Shown here: in pieces, positions 1-12,743 of the stretch
Numbering within the stretch: position 1 is the stretch's first letter
Layout of the letters: every line of letters starts with the position of its first letter
From: Octopus sinensis
Lineage: Eukaryota
Assembly: GCF_006345805.1 (NCBI RefSeq)
Contig: NC_043009.1
Location: 65,224,001 to 65,288,000, forward strand
Reading direction: 5' to 3'
DNA length: 64,000 bases
Translations under genes and position numbers: made by a program
The notes under the pieces: generated by a model
What the model was told of the DNA's origin: nothing
What the model saw: the letters and a program-made list of their open reading frames with translations, nothing else
Database searches by the model: none

Positions 1-391
1 GTATAGGCTGATGAATTTCCTCCACATATCCGGGGGTGACGCTCCTGGCAGGTCTTCCAGATCGGTCATCTTCATCCAGAAACATTGCGTGCGATCCATT
101 GCCTCGTCGCCGTAAGCTTGTCGAAGCACGCTCAATGTCTCTGTAGCAGACATATCAAGTTTAATGCAGAATTTCGCCGTTGGCTCTTTGTTCCAGTTTC
201 CTGTCCATGACAAAAAATCGCAGACTACAGCTTACCTGTAATTACTAAAACACAAATTTCACAACTTGCGAAGTCACTCGGCAACTGCCTTATGAAGATC
301 ACTGCTAACTCTTACTGCGCACGCAATCTTGTGCGGCCATCTGTCGGCGCGCTACAAAACTATTCCTGGAAATTTCTGGTACCATCTCGTA
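1..391 (-). mobile_element. Mariner-type DNA transposon 5' end: TIR plus frameshifted N-terminal transposase, running off the window edge
   Basis: Minus strand from ATG at 208 reads MDRKLEQRAN/AKFCIKLDMSATETLSVLRQAYGDEAMDRTQCF/LDEDDRSGRPARSVTP, the mariner HTH region with the DDxRSGRP motif. A TIR-like end TACGAGATGGTACCAGAAATTTCC lies at 391-368 next to TA. Confidence 0.85.
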
Positions 392-619
392 TACACACGC
401 GCACACACACACACACGCACACACAGACACACACAAACACACATTCCCCTACACATATATAAATATATGATGTATGTGTAATGTGTGTGTGTGTATGTGT
501 ACGATTTAAACCTGAAACTGCGTAAATCTCTCCTGCTTCTTGTTATCAATCCTTACACGACTGATTTTATTGTTCTTGAAGCTTTCTCATTGGCACTAAT
601 CAGAAACTACAGAAAAGCA

Positions 620-1100
620 CTGAGGTGCGAATATCTAGCCATATAGGGAACAGTGTCCGTCTGCCTGTATATTAATTAGGGGCACAGTAAGTAGGGTGGA
701 ATGCCATTTATTTATGTACAACCTCTTTGCACATGTGTGCGTGCATTCGGACATGGAAAGACAATACGCTGTACAAACTGTCTCGAGAGGAGAAATATTC
801 TTTATAGACAATATAAACACACCAATAGGTCATGAAGGATGACACCAAAGCGTAGGACACATGCATTTCTGCTTTATTACACTTCATCAGCTACGGATAC
901 CATGCTGCCGTTCATGGAAACTAAGAGCTGGTTGCTCTTGTAGTAGAATTGAAAATGGTAAATCTGCTGAGGTGCGAAAGCATTTGTCAAACTAGAATTA
1001 ATTAATTAGAAGTCCAGTAAGCAGCGCTGAGGGAAATACAAATGTGTACGATCATATTTAACATGTCCGTGTACATTCGGAGATGGAGAGACGACAACAA
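620..1100 (-). mobile_element. Penelope-like terminal remnant: diverged direct repeats around a hammerhead-like core
   Basis: CTGAGGTGCGAA...ATTAATTAG...CAGTAAG...CATTCGGA(C/G)ATGGA occurs at about 620-765 and again at about 967-1092. A hammerhead-like motif lies between them at 851-895. Confidence 0.4.
851..895 (-). ncRNA. Type I hammerhead ribozyme-like motif, probably degenerate
   Basis: Minus strand: CGUAG-CUGAUGA-agtgtaataaagca-GAAA-tgcatgt-GUC-CUACG. Stem I (CGUAG/CUACG) is perfect, both core boxes are intact and the GUC triplet is present. Stem II is poor, and stem III is short with palindromic AUGCAU. Confidence 0.55.
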
Positions 1101-2030
1101 GAGAATAATAAAAGTGATTAATAACAAGAGAAAAATAAGAATGATTAATTAAATTATTTTAACGTTTACATTGTTTCAATGCAAAAACTTCTTGGGTACA
1201 ACTGAAGCAAATGTAAAGATGAAATATTGAAATTAATTGCTCTCATATTCATCTCTCTCTCCCTCTCTCTCCCTCTCTCTCCCTCTCTCTCTCTGTATAT
1301 GTGTCTATCGTTTTCGTTTAACACCACTCTCTATTCACGAACCTTTCCTTCTATGCTTCTCTCATCTTATCTTTCTATCGTTGTTTCATCCTAACATTCC
1401 TTCTTTCTTCGTATCTCTATCTCTAACTTTCTGTCTAAATCTTTTTTCGATTCATCCATTCTTCAACTGTTTTATCTTCAACAGCATTTCCTCGCTCAAT
1501 CGCTGTCGTTCTTGCTGCTCACTAGTAGCACCCCTTCCTTCTCACCTTTCCAAAGAATGCACCACGTGATCTTCCTGTTTTTTGAAGCTGACCATTTCTT
1601 TTCTTTTGCGAAGTAATGTTTACCACCACTTAAACATGGCTGATCTGTAGGAATTACTGCTATCTATAGCTGACGAGTATCAACTACCGAGGATGACCAC
1701 AAAAAGGTCGAAACCGTACGCTCTTGTGGTCGCGCGGCTGGAAGACGGTAGGGTTTCACTCCCCTACTTGCAACACATTTCGGGTGCAGAACAACCAGCT
1801 GGAGGAGGCGTGTTCCTGCGGTTAAAGACAGCAGTACCGTCGGTTCCTATACAAAAGCCATTTTTAAGAGGTCGTAAACATTACCTTTCAGATTGGTTAT
1901 TCTGCTTTCGTCTCTCACAGAGATTTTCTAACAAGTTGATTTACTCATTCCTCTTGCATCGACAGTTCACGCGCTCATTTGCCTTTCTTCCCAGCTTCTG
2001 ATTTGTCTGAGACTTTAAATTTAGCTATTC

Positions 2031-2195
2031 ATAGGCGCAGAAGTGGCTGTGTGGTAAGTAGCTTGCTAACCAACCACATGGTTGCGGGTTCAGTCCTACT
2101 GCGTGGCATCTTGGCCAAGTGTCTTCTGCTATAGCCCCAGGCCCACCAATGCCTTGTGAGTGGATTTGGTAGACGGAAACTGAAAGAAGCCTGTC

Positions 2196-2294
<99 letters not shown>

Positions 2295-2525
2295 CGTGTG
2301 TGTGTGTGTGTGATTGTGTGTCTGTATTTGTCCCCTAGCATTGCTTGACAACCGATGCTGGTGTGTTTACGTCCCCGTCACTTAGCGGTTCGGCAAAAGA
2401 GACCGATAGAATAAGTACTGGGCTTACAAAGAATAAGTCCCGGGATCGATGATTTACTCGACTAAAAGCGGTGCTCCAGCATGGCCGCAGTCAAATGACT
2501 GAAACAAGTAAAAGAGTAAAAGAGT
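2031..2525 (+). mobile_element. SINE family A, full length: tRNA-like head, internal (TA)n(TG)n, AAAGAGTA tail
   Basis: A-box-like GTGGCTGTGTGGT and B-box-like GGTTCAGTCC are present. The sequence is near-identical to the copies at 37817 and 45791. Confidence 0.9.
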
Positions 2526-4793
2526 ATCTGAATTTGTTCTGAGTGTAAAATAATTTTGTTGTCTATATATGTTTTTTTTTTAAGTCTGAAAGCACCACCA
2601 CTTTTCCTATCAGTGTTATTTCGCACAACAGATTTTACCGTTGTCGCTTAGCCGAAAGTCATTCTATATAGAATATCTCTCTGTACTGTTTCTCTTTTTT
2701 TTTCTTATTGTCCTTGTTTATTTGTTTCTTTCGTTTTACGTATTTCCTCATCATTCGCACTTTTTACCATTCGGCCTAGAGACATCACTGCTTCTTTTTC
2801 TTGTTATTGTGTTTGTCTTATGTTTTCTCTTCGTGTTCGTTCATTACGTTACTCATTTATAACCTCAGTCGTTTGTGCTGGCGACGCCACCAAATATAAC
2901 AATATTGTCGGAAGGTCTCCAAATTGTAATGATATATGATCAGACATCTGCGTCCATTCGGTGACTTTTTTCCCCTTTTTTCGCCGTACGATCCTTTTGC
3001 ATCCTCTTTGCTAAATTCTTTTATACATACATGCATACATACACGCGTACATACAAGCGTACATATATATGTATATATATATATATATATACATACTGCA
3101 AACACACACACTCACTCGTGCGCGCACACACACACACACACACAGACTTATATACACACAAGCACGCACATATACATCATGCGTAATATAGTATAGAGGT
3201 TTCCTAGAGTAGCGATCTATACATATATACAATGGATGATGGTCTGATACTGGTGCCAAAGAATGCGATGTTTTATTATTTAGATATACATCGGAGAGAT
3301 ATTCACTGCGTTCGTCCCTCATTCCGAGACAAAATGAAGACTTGAACTTATCTCAGACATTCCGTGGAAATAGTATTGCACTCGGGGAACTAAAAAAATA
3401 AGAACAAACAAAACTTATATTTATTCGTTGGTGGACACTTGTCGTGCAATGCATTAGTGGAACAGACTAAAGGCTATGGAAACACAAATGGTCTCCGTTA
3501 ATCATCCAAGGAGACCGACTTCGCTCGCTGTAAATTGATAAAAATAGGATGAATGATTTTTACAAAGTGAACTTCTGCTGAAGATATTAATGGCACGAGT
3601 GTGATAGAGATATCTCTAACAGGTAATGAAACATAGTTTTACACGAGTCATATCACGAATGATATCAATAAAAAGGGAAACTTTCACGTCCAGTCAGTCC
3701 CCATTAGACTCATATAAGTATGCTCACAGGATTCCGTCCGCTTTCAAAATTCCCTTCTCTTAAAGTTGTCAATTAATCCCTTATATTTAACGTTTAAAGA
3801 AAAACAATGGTGGAAAAGAAAGGAGCTGCGGTGAAAGTTAGTGAAAATTAATTTACTTTTTATAGACATATTTTCTGGGAGATCTATCGATGACTGATAG
3901 GAAAGATTAGCGGTAAAGCAAGATTTTATTTGATATTCTAGTAGATCGAATCACCGATCTGCAAGCGGAAAAGGGAAGATGGTATGATTTACTGCTGCTG
4001 TGGATTGAGCAGTTGTATGCCTCAAAGCATCATTTTATTTGCACATCGAGGATCTGGTACTCCATTATTTAGTATACTACTCCACTTTTGTAGATGTCAG
4101 AGTTTAATTTGAGGGATATGTGGCTACTATATCTAGAAAAGTTAATCGAGCATGTATTCAATGTATTCAGTGGCAGCATTATTAACACTGATGAGTGATT
4201 CCTTGGTTTGAATGTTTCAAAGTTTCAAGTTATATGGATTTGCCTTAGATTGGAGTTTTATCCCGGTGGGTTAAAGATAAATTGCCAATCTTCCCTCATA
4301 TAACATCTAGTACATCATAATAAAAGGAAAGACACATTATATAAAGAAAGATGTACAAAAAGATGGCTGCTCATGGTTGGAATGCATTTTTCATATGTTT
4401 ATCGAAACAAGGATGACCTGATCCTAAACAACACGTGATAAAACCATTAGAAAACTCCACAGCTTATAATTTTCACATCTCTAATATTTATTATTTGTTT
4501 TTATCTTTAGATACCTGAAACATTGACAAAAACATAAATGGATGATAAGGCGATCAAGTACATTACATGACATATAATGTATGCAGACATGTAATGGACT
4601 TAATTTTATTAATACACCACAATGACGAGCTTGTAATTGCATCTGCACGTATTGTCTTTGGTATTTCGAATAAGACAAATCCAATTAATGATTGGATGGA
4701 GACCTCCTAGGCTGATGAATGTAGGTATAAATTTAGTCCTGACCATCAAGCATTTCGAGAACGGCATTCTTCTATGACGGCTGAGTCGACGAA

Positions 4794-4811
4794 CAGCGCC
4801 ACCTCTGGCTG
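4794..4811 (-). promoter_or_regulatory. CTCF-like site within a small CpG-rich island (about 4740-4890)
   Basis: Minus strand CAGCCAGAGGTGGCGCTG matches the 3' half (AGRKGGCGC) of the CTCF consensus. YY1-like GCCATCTT and AATGGCG are nearby. Confidence 0.3.
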
Positions 4812-4987
4812 ATTCGGTAGCCATCTTGTCGAGCCTTCAGTAAAACTGAAATGGAAGGAACGAGAAGGAATGGCGACAAATATATGTGTCGATAAGTGGA
4901 AAGCAGCAAATTGCTTAGTATGAGTGTATACATGTGTATACACTCAGTATGTCAATATGCTATATACATACACAACATGTACGCCTG

Positions 4988-4988
4988 G

Positions 4989-5019
<31 letters not shown>

Positions 5020-5118
5020 ATATATACAAGGGTGTGGTGTATATATATGTATATATATATATGTATTATGAGCGTATGTTTATAAGTATGTTTATATAAA
5101 TATATATATATATTATAT

Positions 5119-5152
<34 letters not shown>

Positions 5153-5342
5153 ATATATATATATATATATTATATATATATATAATATATACAAGGGTGT
5201 GTGTGTATATATATGTATATATATATATGTATGTATATATATATATGTATTATGAGCGTATGTTTATAAGTATGTTTATATAAATATATATATATATATA
5301 ATATATATATATATATTATATATATATATATTATATATATAT

Positions 5343-5379
<37 letters not shown>

Positions 5380-5618
5380 GACTATATGTATTAAAAATCA
5401 GAGAGAAAGAGAGAGTGACAGAGAGAGAGAAAGAAAAAGGGAGAGAGAGAAAGAGAAAGGGTGTCTATGTGTGAGGCTGTATGTGTTCACGTTAATGGCT
5501 CTGTATTTATATTAACTAGAATATTTTGATTATGGACCGAATATTTAAACCTTTTAATGCATTTTATCAGCTTTCGTATTGACTTTATGTTATATCTCTC
5601 TCTTTCTCATCTATCTAT

Positions 5619-5704
<86 letters not shown>

Positions 5705-6010
5705 GTCTGTCTATCTATCTGTCTGTCTGTCTATCTATCTATCTACACATACATATATACATATATATATATATAGGAATATATATATACATATATATAT
5801 ATAGGAATATATATATATATATACATATATATATGTATATATACACACATATATGAAAATATACATATATACATATATGTATACATACAGGTATATAGAT
5901 ATGTTTGTAGTTCTGTGTGCATATATTCATGCATGCGTGCGTACATATATATATATGTGTGTGTGTATGTGTGTGTGTATGTGTGTGTGTATGTGTGTGT
6001 GTGTGCGGTG
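4988..6010. repeat. Compound microsatellite block (TA)n, (GA)n, (TATC)n, (TG)n with a local duplicated unit
   Basis: Direct reading. ATATACAAGGGTGTG...TATTATGAGCGTATGTTTATAAGTATG occurs twice (about 5022 and 5187). Confidence 0.9.
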
Positions 6011-7476
6011 TGTGCGTGTATACATGCATTCATATAAATGCAATTGCGTATCATGAGTGTTCCACATGCAACCGTATAATATTCCTTATTCCTCAATGTT
6101 GTTTATCATCGCGTATTACTGCCACAAGTGTTCAGTTTCTGTACCTGAATATAAACACACACACACACCGTGGGGCCTAGATATTCGCTTACTGTACACG
6201 TGATCATAATGTTGTGGAATCTCTTCCTGTCCAAACTTTATCTTATGTCCTTCACCAAAGCACCTAAATGCTTGTTGCTCCAGTCTTCCGGCTGTCCCCT
6301 TCAGGATGTTCCTCAGGTAGAATTGAGGGTTTGACCGAGAGAATGTCTGTCAGGTCGCGAATAAATAAACTTCTAAAAGAATTAACAAACGCCTTGTAGA
6401 TGCTGCGATGTCATCCTCGAAGATTCGGATACTCACACTTCTGGTAGCCGTTCCTTAATTTGAAAGAAAAGGGCTGATCATTTTCAGAAATCAAAATTAT
6501 CTGCAGAGAAATTTATTTTTCATTTATGTGAAAAAAAACTTTTGATCTTTATTGACAAAATAAGCAAAAACTACGACTTTGGTTTATTAATCTTCATCAG
6601 CTGCGCATAAATGTTTCAAGCATCTTCCAAAGATCTCGATGTAGTAAAAATCAAAATATCTAACGGTAGATAATCCACTGCAATACCGACAGTGATTTGT
6701 CGTAGACCTTGCTGTTTGTAGAGATTGGCTGGATCCGAACTCGTATAAGCGCCCTCGATGTTCCGCTGACAATGTATTTCGTCACATGCTTCGTGCAAGA
6801 GATAAATCAAAATTAAAGATGAGGATTTGTGAAATAATATTTACTTTACTGGTTTTCGAATAAAACCTAATTTTCTTCAAGTTTTATTACAATAACAAGT
6901 TCGGATCAATAACCGAGACGAACTCACCAGTTAACTCTCATTGGTGCGATGTCAATAAAATGATGAAAAATTTGATATATTCCACATTTGATAATTAGAT
7001 AAAATAAAGAAAAAAATTAAGGGAACCTGAATTTGAATTTCACTAAGAAAGCGTAATATTATTTGTGTAAATATATTTATTCGTAAATACATTATTTGCG
7101 CAACTAGACACACGAAGATTAGTATCAGATGCCTGTGTGCTTCGGGCGTTTATGTCAGTTTTATGGGTGGCTGTTGGGGCGTGTGCGTATGAGCGGGCCC
7201 ACAGTTTCATATATATTGCAACATAAAGTAAAGTGACCCAAAACCCTCTTGTTATTTGTTCATATTTATACGTTGCATTGAAAGGCATAAATTCTGTTGT
7301 ATTTTCTCTAGCATAAAAAAAAACAAAGATAGCGACGTCGTTAATTATAATTAGGTCAATACTATGAAATAAAAAAGAAAGAAAACTGTTTACTCTTACA
7401 GTTGTTATTGTTGTTGATATTGTTGCCGTTGTTGTTGTTATTATTATTATAATTATTGCTGTTGTTGTTGTTGTTG

Positions 7477-8019
7477 AGGGAGCAGAGCATGTCATCAAAG
7501 TGACACTGGAGTAAGATATACGAAGCCCAGAATACCCATCATGGCTACCCCTTCTGATAAATGTATACCAGGCATATGCATCACAATCATAAGTGCGAAA
7601 CATTGTAATCTTATATCAAGATTAACAGCGCATCACTTTGCAGGCAGAGCCTTGTAAGAATTTTCTTCAGGTCAAGTAACACATTCCACCCAAAAGGTCC
7701 CTCAATATGAGTTGTTTAAGAATGTTGAACGAAACACTCATGTTTCCAGAGGTGAATTATTCAAACCCCAAAGAATCCCTCTCAACACATGGCTATGATG
7801 CTTCCCCACTACTTCTGCTCATGATCAGATGCATATATCGTCAGCCACTAAGGGACATGCTCAACTGATTAAGGTTAAACAACTGACAAACAAATCTGTG
7901 GTATTGAGCAGAATATTCGCTGTAGCCCATCTTTTATACCAAGGCAAAAGAATGTACATGATAACACGTTCAATCAGTTAAGATCAGAAGCAATGAGAGT
8001 CACTGGCTTGTACTGTATC
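7477..8019 (-). mobile_element. Non-coding element of about 540 bp in an (AAT)n/(AAC)n tract, copy 1
   Basis: Colinear and highly similar to 8042-8583 over its whole length, and bounded by triplet microsatellites on both sides. Confidence 0.8.
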
Positions 8020-8041
8020 TATTATTATTATTATTATTATT

Positions 8042-8583
8042 GAGTGAGAGAGCAGTTCATGCCATCAAAGTGACACTGGGGTAAAATATACGAAGCCCAA
8101 TATACCCATCATGACTACCCGTCTGATAAAGGTACACCAGGCACATGCATCACAACCATATGTGCGCGACATGGTGATCTCATATCAAGATACAACACAT
8201 GACCTTGCAGGTGGGGCCCAGTTAGAATTTTCTTCAGGTTGAGTAGCCCACCTGCTCAAACGGTCCCTGAATAAGGTTGCTTTAGGATGTTGAACGAAAC
8301 CCTATGTTTCCAGAGGTGAACCATTCAAACTCCAAAGAATCCCTCTCAACACATGGCCATGATGCTCCCCCACTACTTCTGCTCGTGATCAGAGATGCAC
8401 ATATCGTCAGCCACTAAGGGACATGCTCACTGGTTAAGGTCAAACAACTGACAAGCAAACCTGTGGTATTGAGCAGAATATTTGCTGTAGCCCATCTTTT
8501 ATACCAAGACAAAACAATGTACATGATAACACTTCCAGTCAGTTAAGATCAGAAGCCATGAGAGCCACTGCCTGGTACTGCAT
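8042..8583 (-). mobile_element. Non-coding element of about 540 bp in an (AAT)n tract, copy 2
   Basis: Diverged tandem partner of 7477-8019, separated from it by a short (ATT)n run. On the minus strand it ends ...CTCTCTCACTC followed by (AAT)n. Confidence 0.8.
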
Positions 8584-8616
8584 TTATTATTATATTATAT
8601 TATTATTATATTATTA

Positions 8617-8714
<98 letters not shown>

Positions 8715-8767
8715 TATTATTATTATTATTATTGTTGTTGTTGTTTTTGTTGTTGTTGTTGTTATTC

Positions 8768-8955
8768 TGAAAGACTCTCGGATAGTTCTTAATTACGGGT
8801 TATTCTTTACTTGAAAGCAGGCAATAACAAATCACCAAAGGTTTCAAGTAGTGCCTTCTCCTGTGACTCAAAGAGAGACAATACTCTCCTTAGAATGCGA
8901 GCTGTAACCAACAATGCTATCTTCTGGATCACTTCAAACCTGACAGCAGCTACAA
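8768..8955 (-). mobile_element. 5'-truncated R4/Dong-like non-LTR retrotransposon tail (C-terminus plus 3' UTR) in (AAT)n
   Basis: Minus frame VRFEVIQKIALLVTARILRRVLSL matches the QKxxLLGTARILRKVL terminus of RLE-type LINEs. (AAT)n flanks both sides. Confidence 0.75.
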
Positions 8956-9887
8956 TATTATTATTATTATTATTATTATTGACACAGATAGGCTGCATAG
9001 ACAAGGCACTAGGTTACTGAAAACTGAACGTTCTTTCCCGGCACTCGTACAAGGACCCGATCAGTGAACTATATTAGAGGAAGCTCATAGGGGCGGTTGC
9101 TAATAGTCTGAAAAATGTTATAAGATTAGAATCGTTAAGCTTTAGTGAGGAAAATGTGATAGAAAATTCTAGAGCAGAGACAGAGCTAGTAAGGGACTCA
9201 GAAAAGGTGCTTAGAAAATTCATTGCGACTGACAGGCAGGGGGCGAAATTGGCGCTTGACTTTAACAAAGAACCTCGCATGTATAGGTCCCTGGTTAATT
9301 TAGACCAGTCGGAACTTACTCTCTTGTGCTGACCATTAATGCCTGGCAGCTATCCTCAAGAGGCGGGTTTCAAACCTACCTTCAGAAGGTGACACGCTGC
9401 AATTTGCAGCATCATTTGCTCGGATGTCAGAGTATTGTGAAGGAAATAGTTTGATTTTGGATGTTATGTTACACTGGAGTCTTTGTTGAGTATTTTGGGA
9501 AGGCGAGTTATCCTTCGCTGGAATTAGACAGCAAAGCTGTGTTTTTTAGAATATTTTTTATCATGAAACATTAAGGAAAGATGAATTCTTTCCGCCTCAA
9601 AATTATTACAGTAAACAAAGCTACACGACAAACATGCAAATAAAAGGAAAGTGAAATGTTTTAATGAAGAATGAAGCAAATATAGTAGAAAATGAAACGA
9701 TGATAAATTCAACAGAAAATGCAGCATAACAAATAACCCATTTGACAACGAAGTATACGAGATGCGTTCGAAAAGAATTCGAAATTTGGACATAAAAAAA
9801 TAAAACAATTTTGTATAATTCATAAGTTTTATTTAATCACTTTCAAAATACTCTCCTTGGGAGTTCATACATTTCTCCTAACAATTC

Positions 9888-10910
9888 AGACAAAATATGC
9901 TACGATGGTGATGAGACGAGGAAAGCATGTCAGGACAGAAGGCATAGTTTTGCCAAGTGGCGAGATGATGAACGCAACTCCACCTCAATCCAGTAATAAA
10001 TACCTGGGAATACTTGAGACAGATGGAATTAAGCACAATGAAATGAAGGAAAAAACATAAAGAGAATACCTTCGACGAGTGAGAGAAATACAGGCTTCAA
10101 AGCTGAATGCCAAAAACAATTTTGGCCATAGACTCGTGCGCAGACAGAGACGCTCGTTCCAAAGGTTGACCCTCTAGTTCATGACCAAGCTTTGGCCACA
10201 AACTGAAGGGTCAATCTTTGAAATGAGCAAGTGTCTCTGCTGTGACGCATCTGTAACAGAGTGGATGAAACCGTTTACCATATCACGAGCGAATACCCTA
10301 GACTTGTCAAAAACCACTACAAGTTGTGGCGATATGATCAGTTCGCGAAATTGCTACATTGGAGACTGTGCAAAAGGTGGGGGCAAGAGAGAGGCAAGTC
10401 GTGATATCAGTACAAACCGCTGAGAATGGCAAAGTCGGAGACTAGCAGAATCCACTTGGATTTTCCAATTCAAAACAGATCAGGTGCTAGAGCATAACAG
10501 ACCGGACCAGGTGATGGTCGACCAGATGCACCACATGTGCTATGTAGTTGGTGTTGCATGCCACTTTGACCCACGAATAGTCAAGAAGGAAGGCGAAAAG
10601 ATAGATACAACCCGCTTAAGAACGAAATACCCCGGCTATGGAAAATGAAGAAGGTGAAGATAGTGCCAATTATTGTTGGGTTCTTGGGGACAGTATCAGA
10701 AGGCATTAAGAGGAATATAAAGGAAATTGGAATAGAGTGTCCAGTAGAACTGTTACAAAAGGTTTGCCTCCTTGGCACGGCCAGAATAATCAGTAAAGTA
10801 CTAGATAGCTAAAAGGAACGGATTACATGGTACCACAAGCAGGTAGTAAGGCAGCTACGCATGCAAGACTCCAGGAGCTTCAACAAAACCTACGATAAAA
10901 AGAAATAATA
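9888..10910 (+). mobile_element. R4/Dong-like RLE non-LTR retrotransposon 3' fragment with stops and frameshifts
   Basis: Contains KYLGILETDGIKHNEMKEK..REYLRRVR, the zinc-knuckle remnant RICNRVDETVYHITSE, and the endonuclease region IQTDQVLEHNRPD...VPIIVGFLGTV...LLQKVCLLGTARIISKVLDS* (stop 10810-10812). A 3' UTR ending in AAT repeats follows. Confidence 0.85.
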
Positions 10911-10959
10911 ACAATAATCCTAATGAGTTCTTTATATATATATTTAATAATGATTTCTT

Positions 10960-11175
10960 AATTGTTTCAAATATTGGCTCAAGGCCAGCAAGTTCCAGGA
11001 AGGAGGTAGGTCGATTACTTCAACCCCAGTGCTCAAATGGTACTTATTTTATCGACCCTGGAAGAATGAAGGGCAAAGTCAACCTCAGCGGAATTTGAAC
11101 TCAGAACGTAAAGCCGGTAGACGTGCCTCCAAGCATTTTTCCCGGTGTGTTAACGACTCTGCCAGCACGCCACCT

Positions 11176-11176
<1 letters not shown>
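10960..11176 (-). mobile_element. SINE family B, diverged copy
   Basis: Reverse complement of GGCGGCGAGCTGGCAGA..GAGTTCAAATTCCGCCGAGGTCGACTTTGCCTTTCATCCTTTCGGGGTCGATAAAATAAGTACC. Confidence 0.85.
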
Positions 11177-11335
<159 letters not shown>

Positions 11336-11457
11336 GATGATTGTAATAATTAAGATAATGAAGTCTATAACGATAGAGATAATAATGACGATGTCATTGA
11401 TAAAAACTCTAATAGTTTCATGGGTCACACGAGTACGTCAGATTTCAACACACACAA

Positions 11458-11490
<33 letters not shown>

Positions 11491-12212
11491 ACACACACAC
11501 ACATGCACACACACACACACACATATATATGTATATGTCTATTTGTTCAATTTACGGAATTCTTAATCATGTTAACACCATATTGGCCTCATTCCTCACC
11601 AATTCCCCTCTTATGCATGACAACACAACAGTGGCAAGTGGCAACTCTCATGGTGTGCTTGCGTGTTCCCAGCTGCACTGGAAGATCACATCGTTGCTGT
11701 ATAATGTCCACCGACTGCCCACATAGTCAGCCATGCGTCTCTCTTTTGATGACTATAGGCGCGCGCGTGTATGTTCGTGTACCTGCGTGTGTCTGCGTGT
11801 ATGTGCGCCATTGTCAGGGCAATCGCGCCTGTATCCATGAATGCGTATTTAAGTGTATGGAGGTGTTCATCTGTATGTATGTTTGCATGTGTGTGTGTGA
11901 AAATGGATGTCAGATAATGAGACAAGGATAGATATTAAAATATACACATATGCCCCCCTTTTTTTTCTCTACAGATATGCGTCAGACAGAAATACGAATA
12001 TGCACTGTAACATAAATCCACATTCAGCATTTATAATATACGTGTGTTTAGGTACATATAGAAATTATATTATCTCTCTCCCTTTCTCTCGCTTCTTACA
12101 TAAACACATATATACATACATATACACATACAGACACATTTATGTATACATATATATGTAAACACATATATTATATGTGTGTCTACGTGTGTGAACTTGT
12201 TTCTGTGCAAAC

Positions 12213-12743
<531 letters not shown>

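Noticed and set aside
333-354. CTCF-like motif (GCCGACAGATGGCCGC, minus)
   Set aside because: It lies in the mariner subterminal region and is explained by the element.
4988-5380. Duplicated unit within the (TA)n tract as a meaningful repeat
   Set aside because: Most likely slippage or long-read consensus noise; scattered single-base indels occur in TA runs throughout the window.
6500-6830. Possible Helitron helicase fragment or type II hammerhead (CTGATGA at about 6600, minus)
   Set aside because: The motif similarity is too weak and the stems do not close convincingly.
9080-9520. Decayed APE endonuclease of a LINE on the minus strand
   Set aside because: Only vague motif resemblance (QYSDIRAN); not supportable without a profile search.
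11570-11750. Mariner catalytic remnant (LMHDN..QLHWKI)
   Set aside because: Too short and divergent; there is no SPDL motif or TIR.
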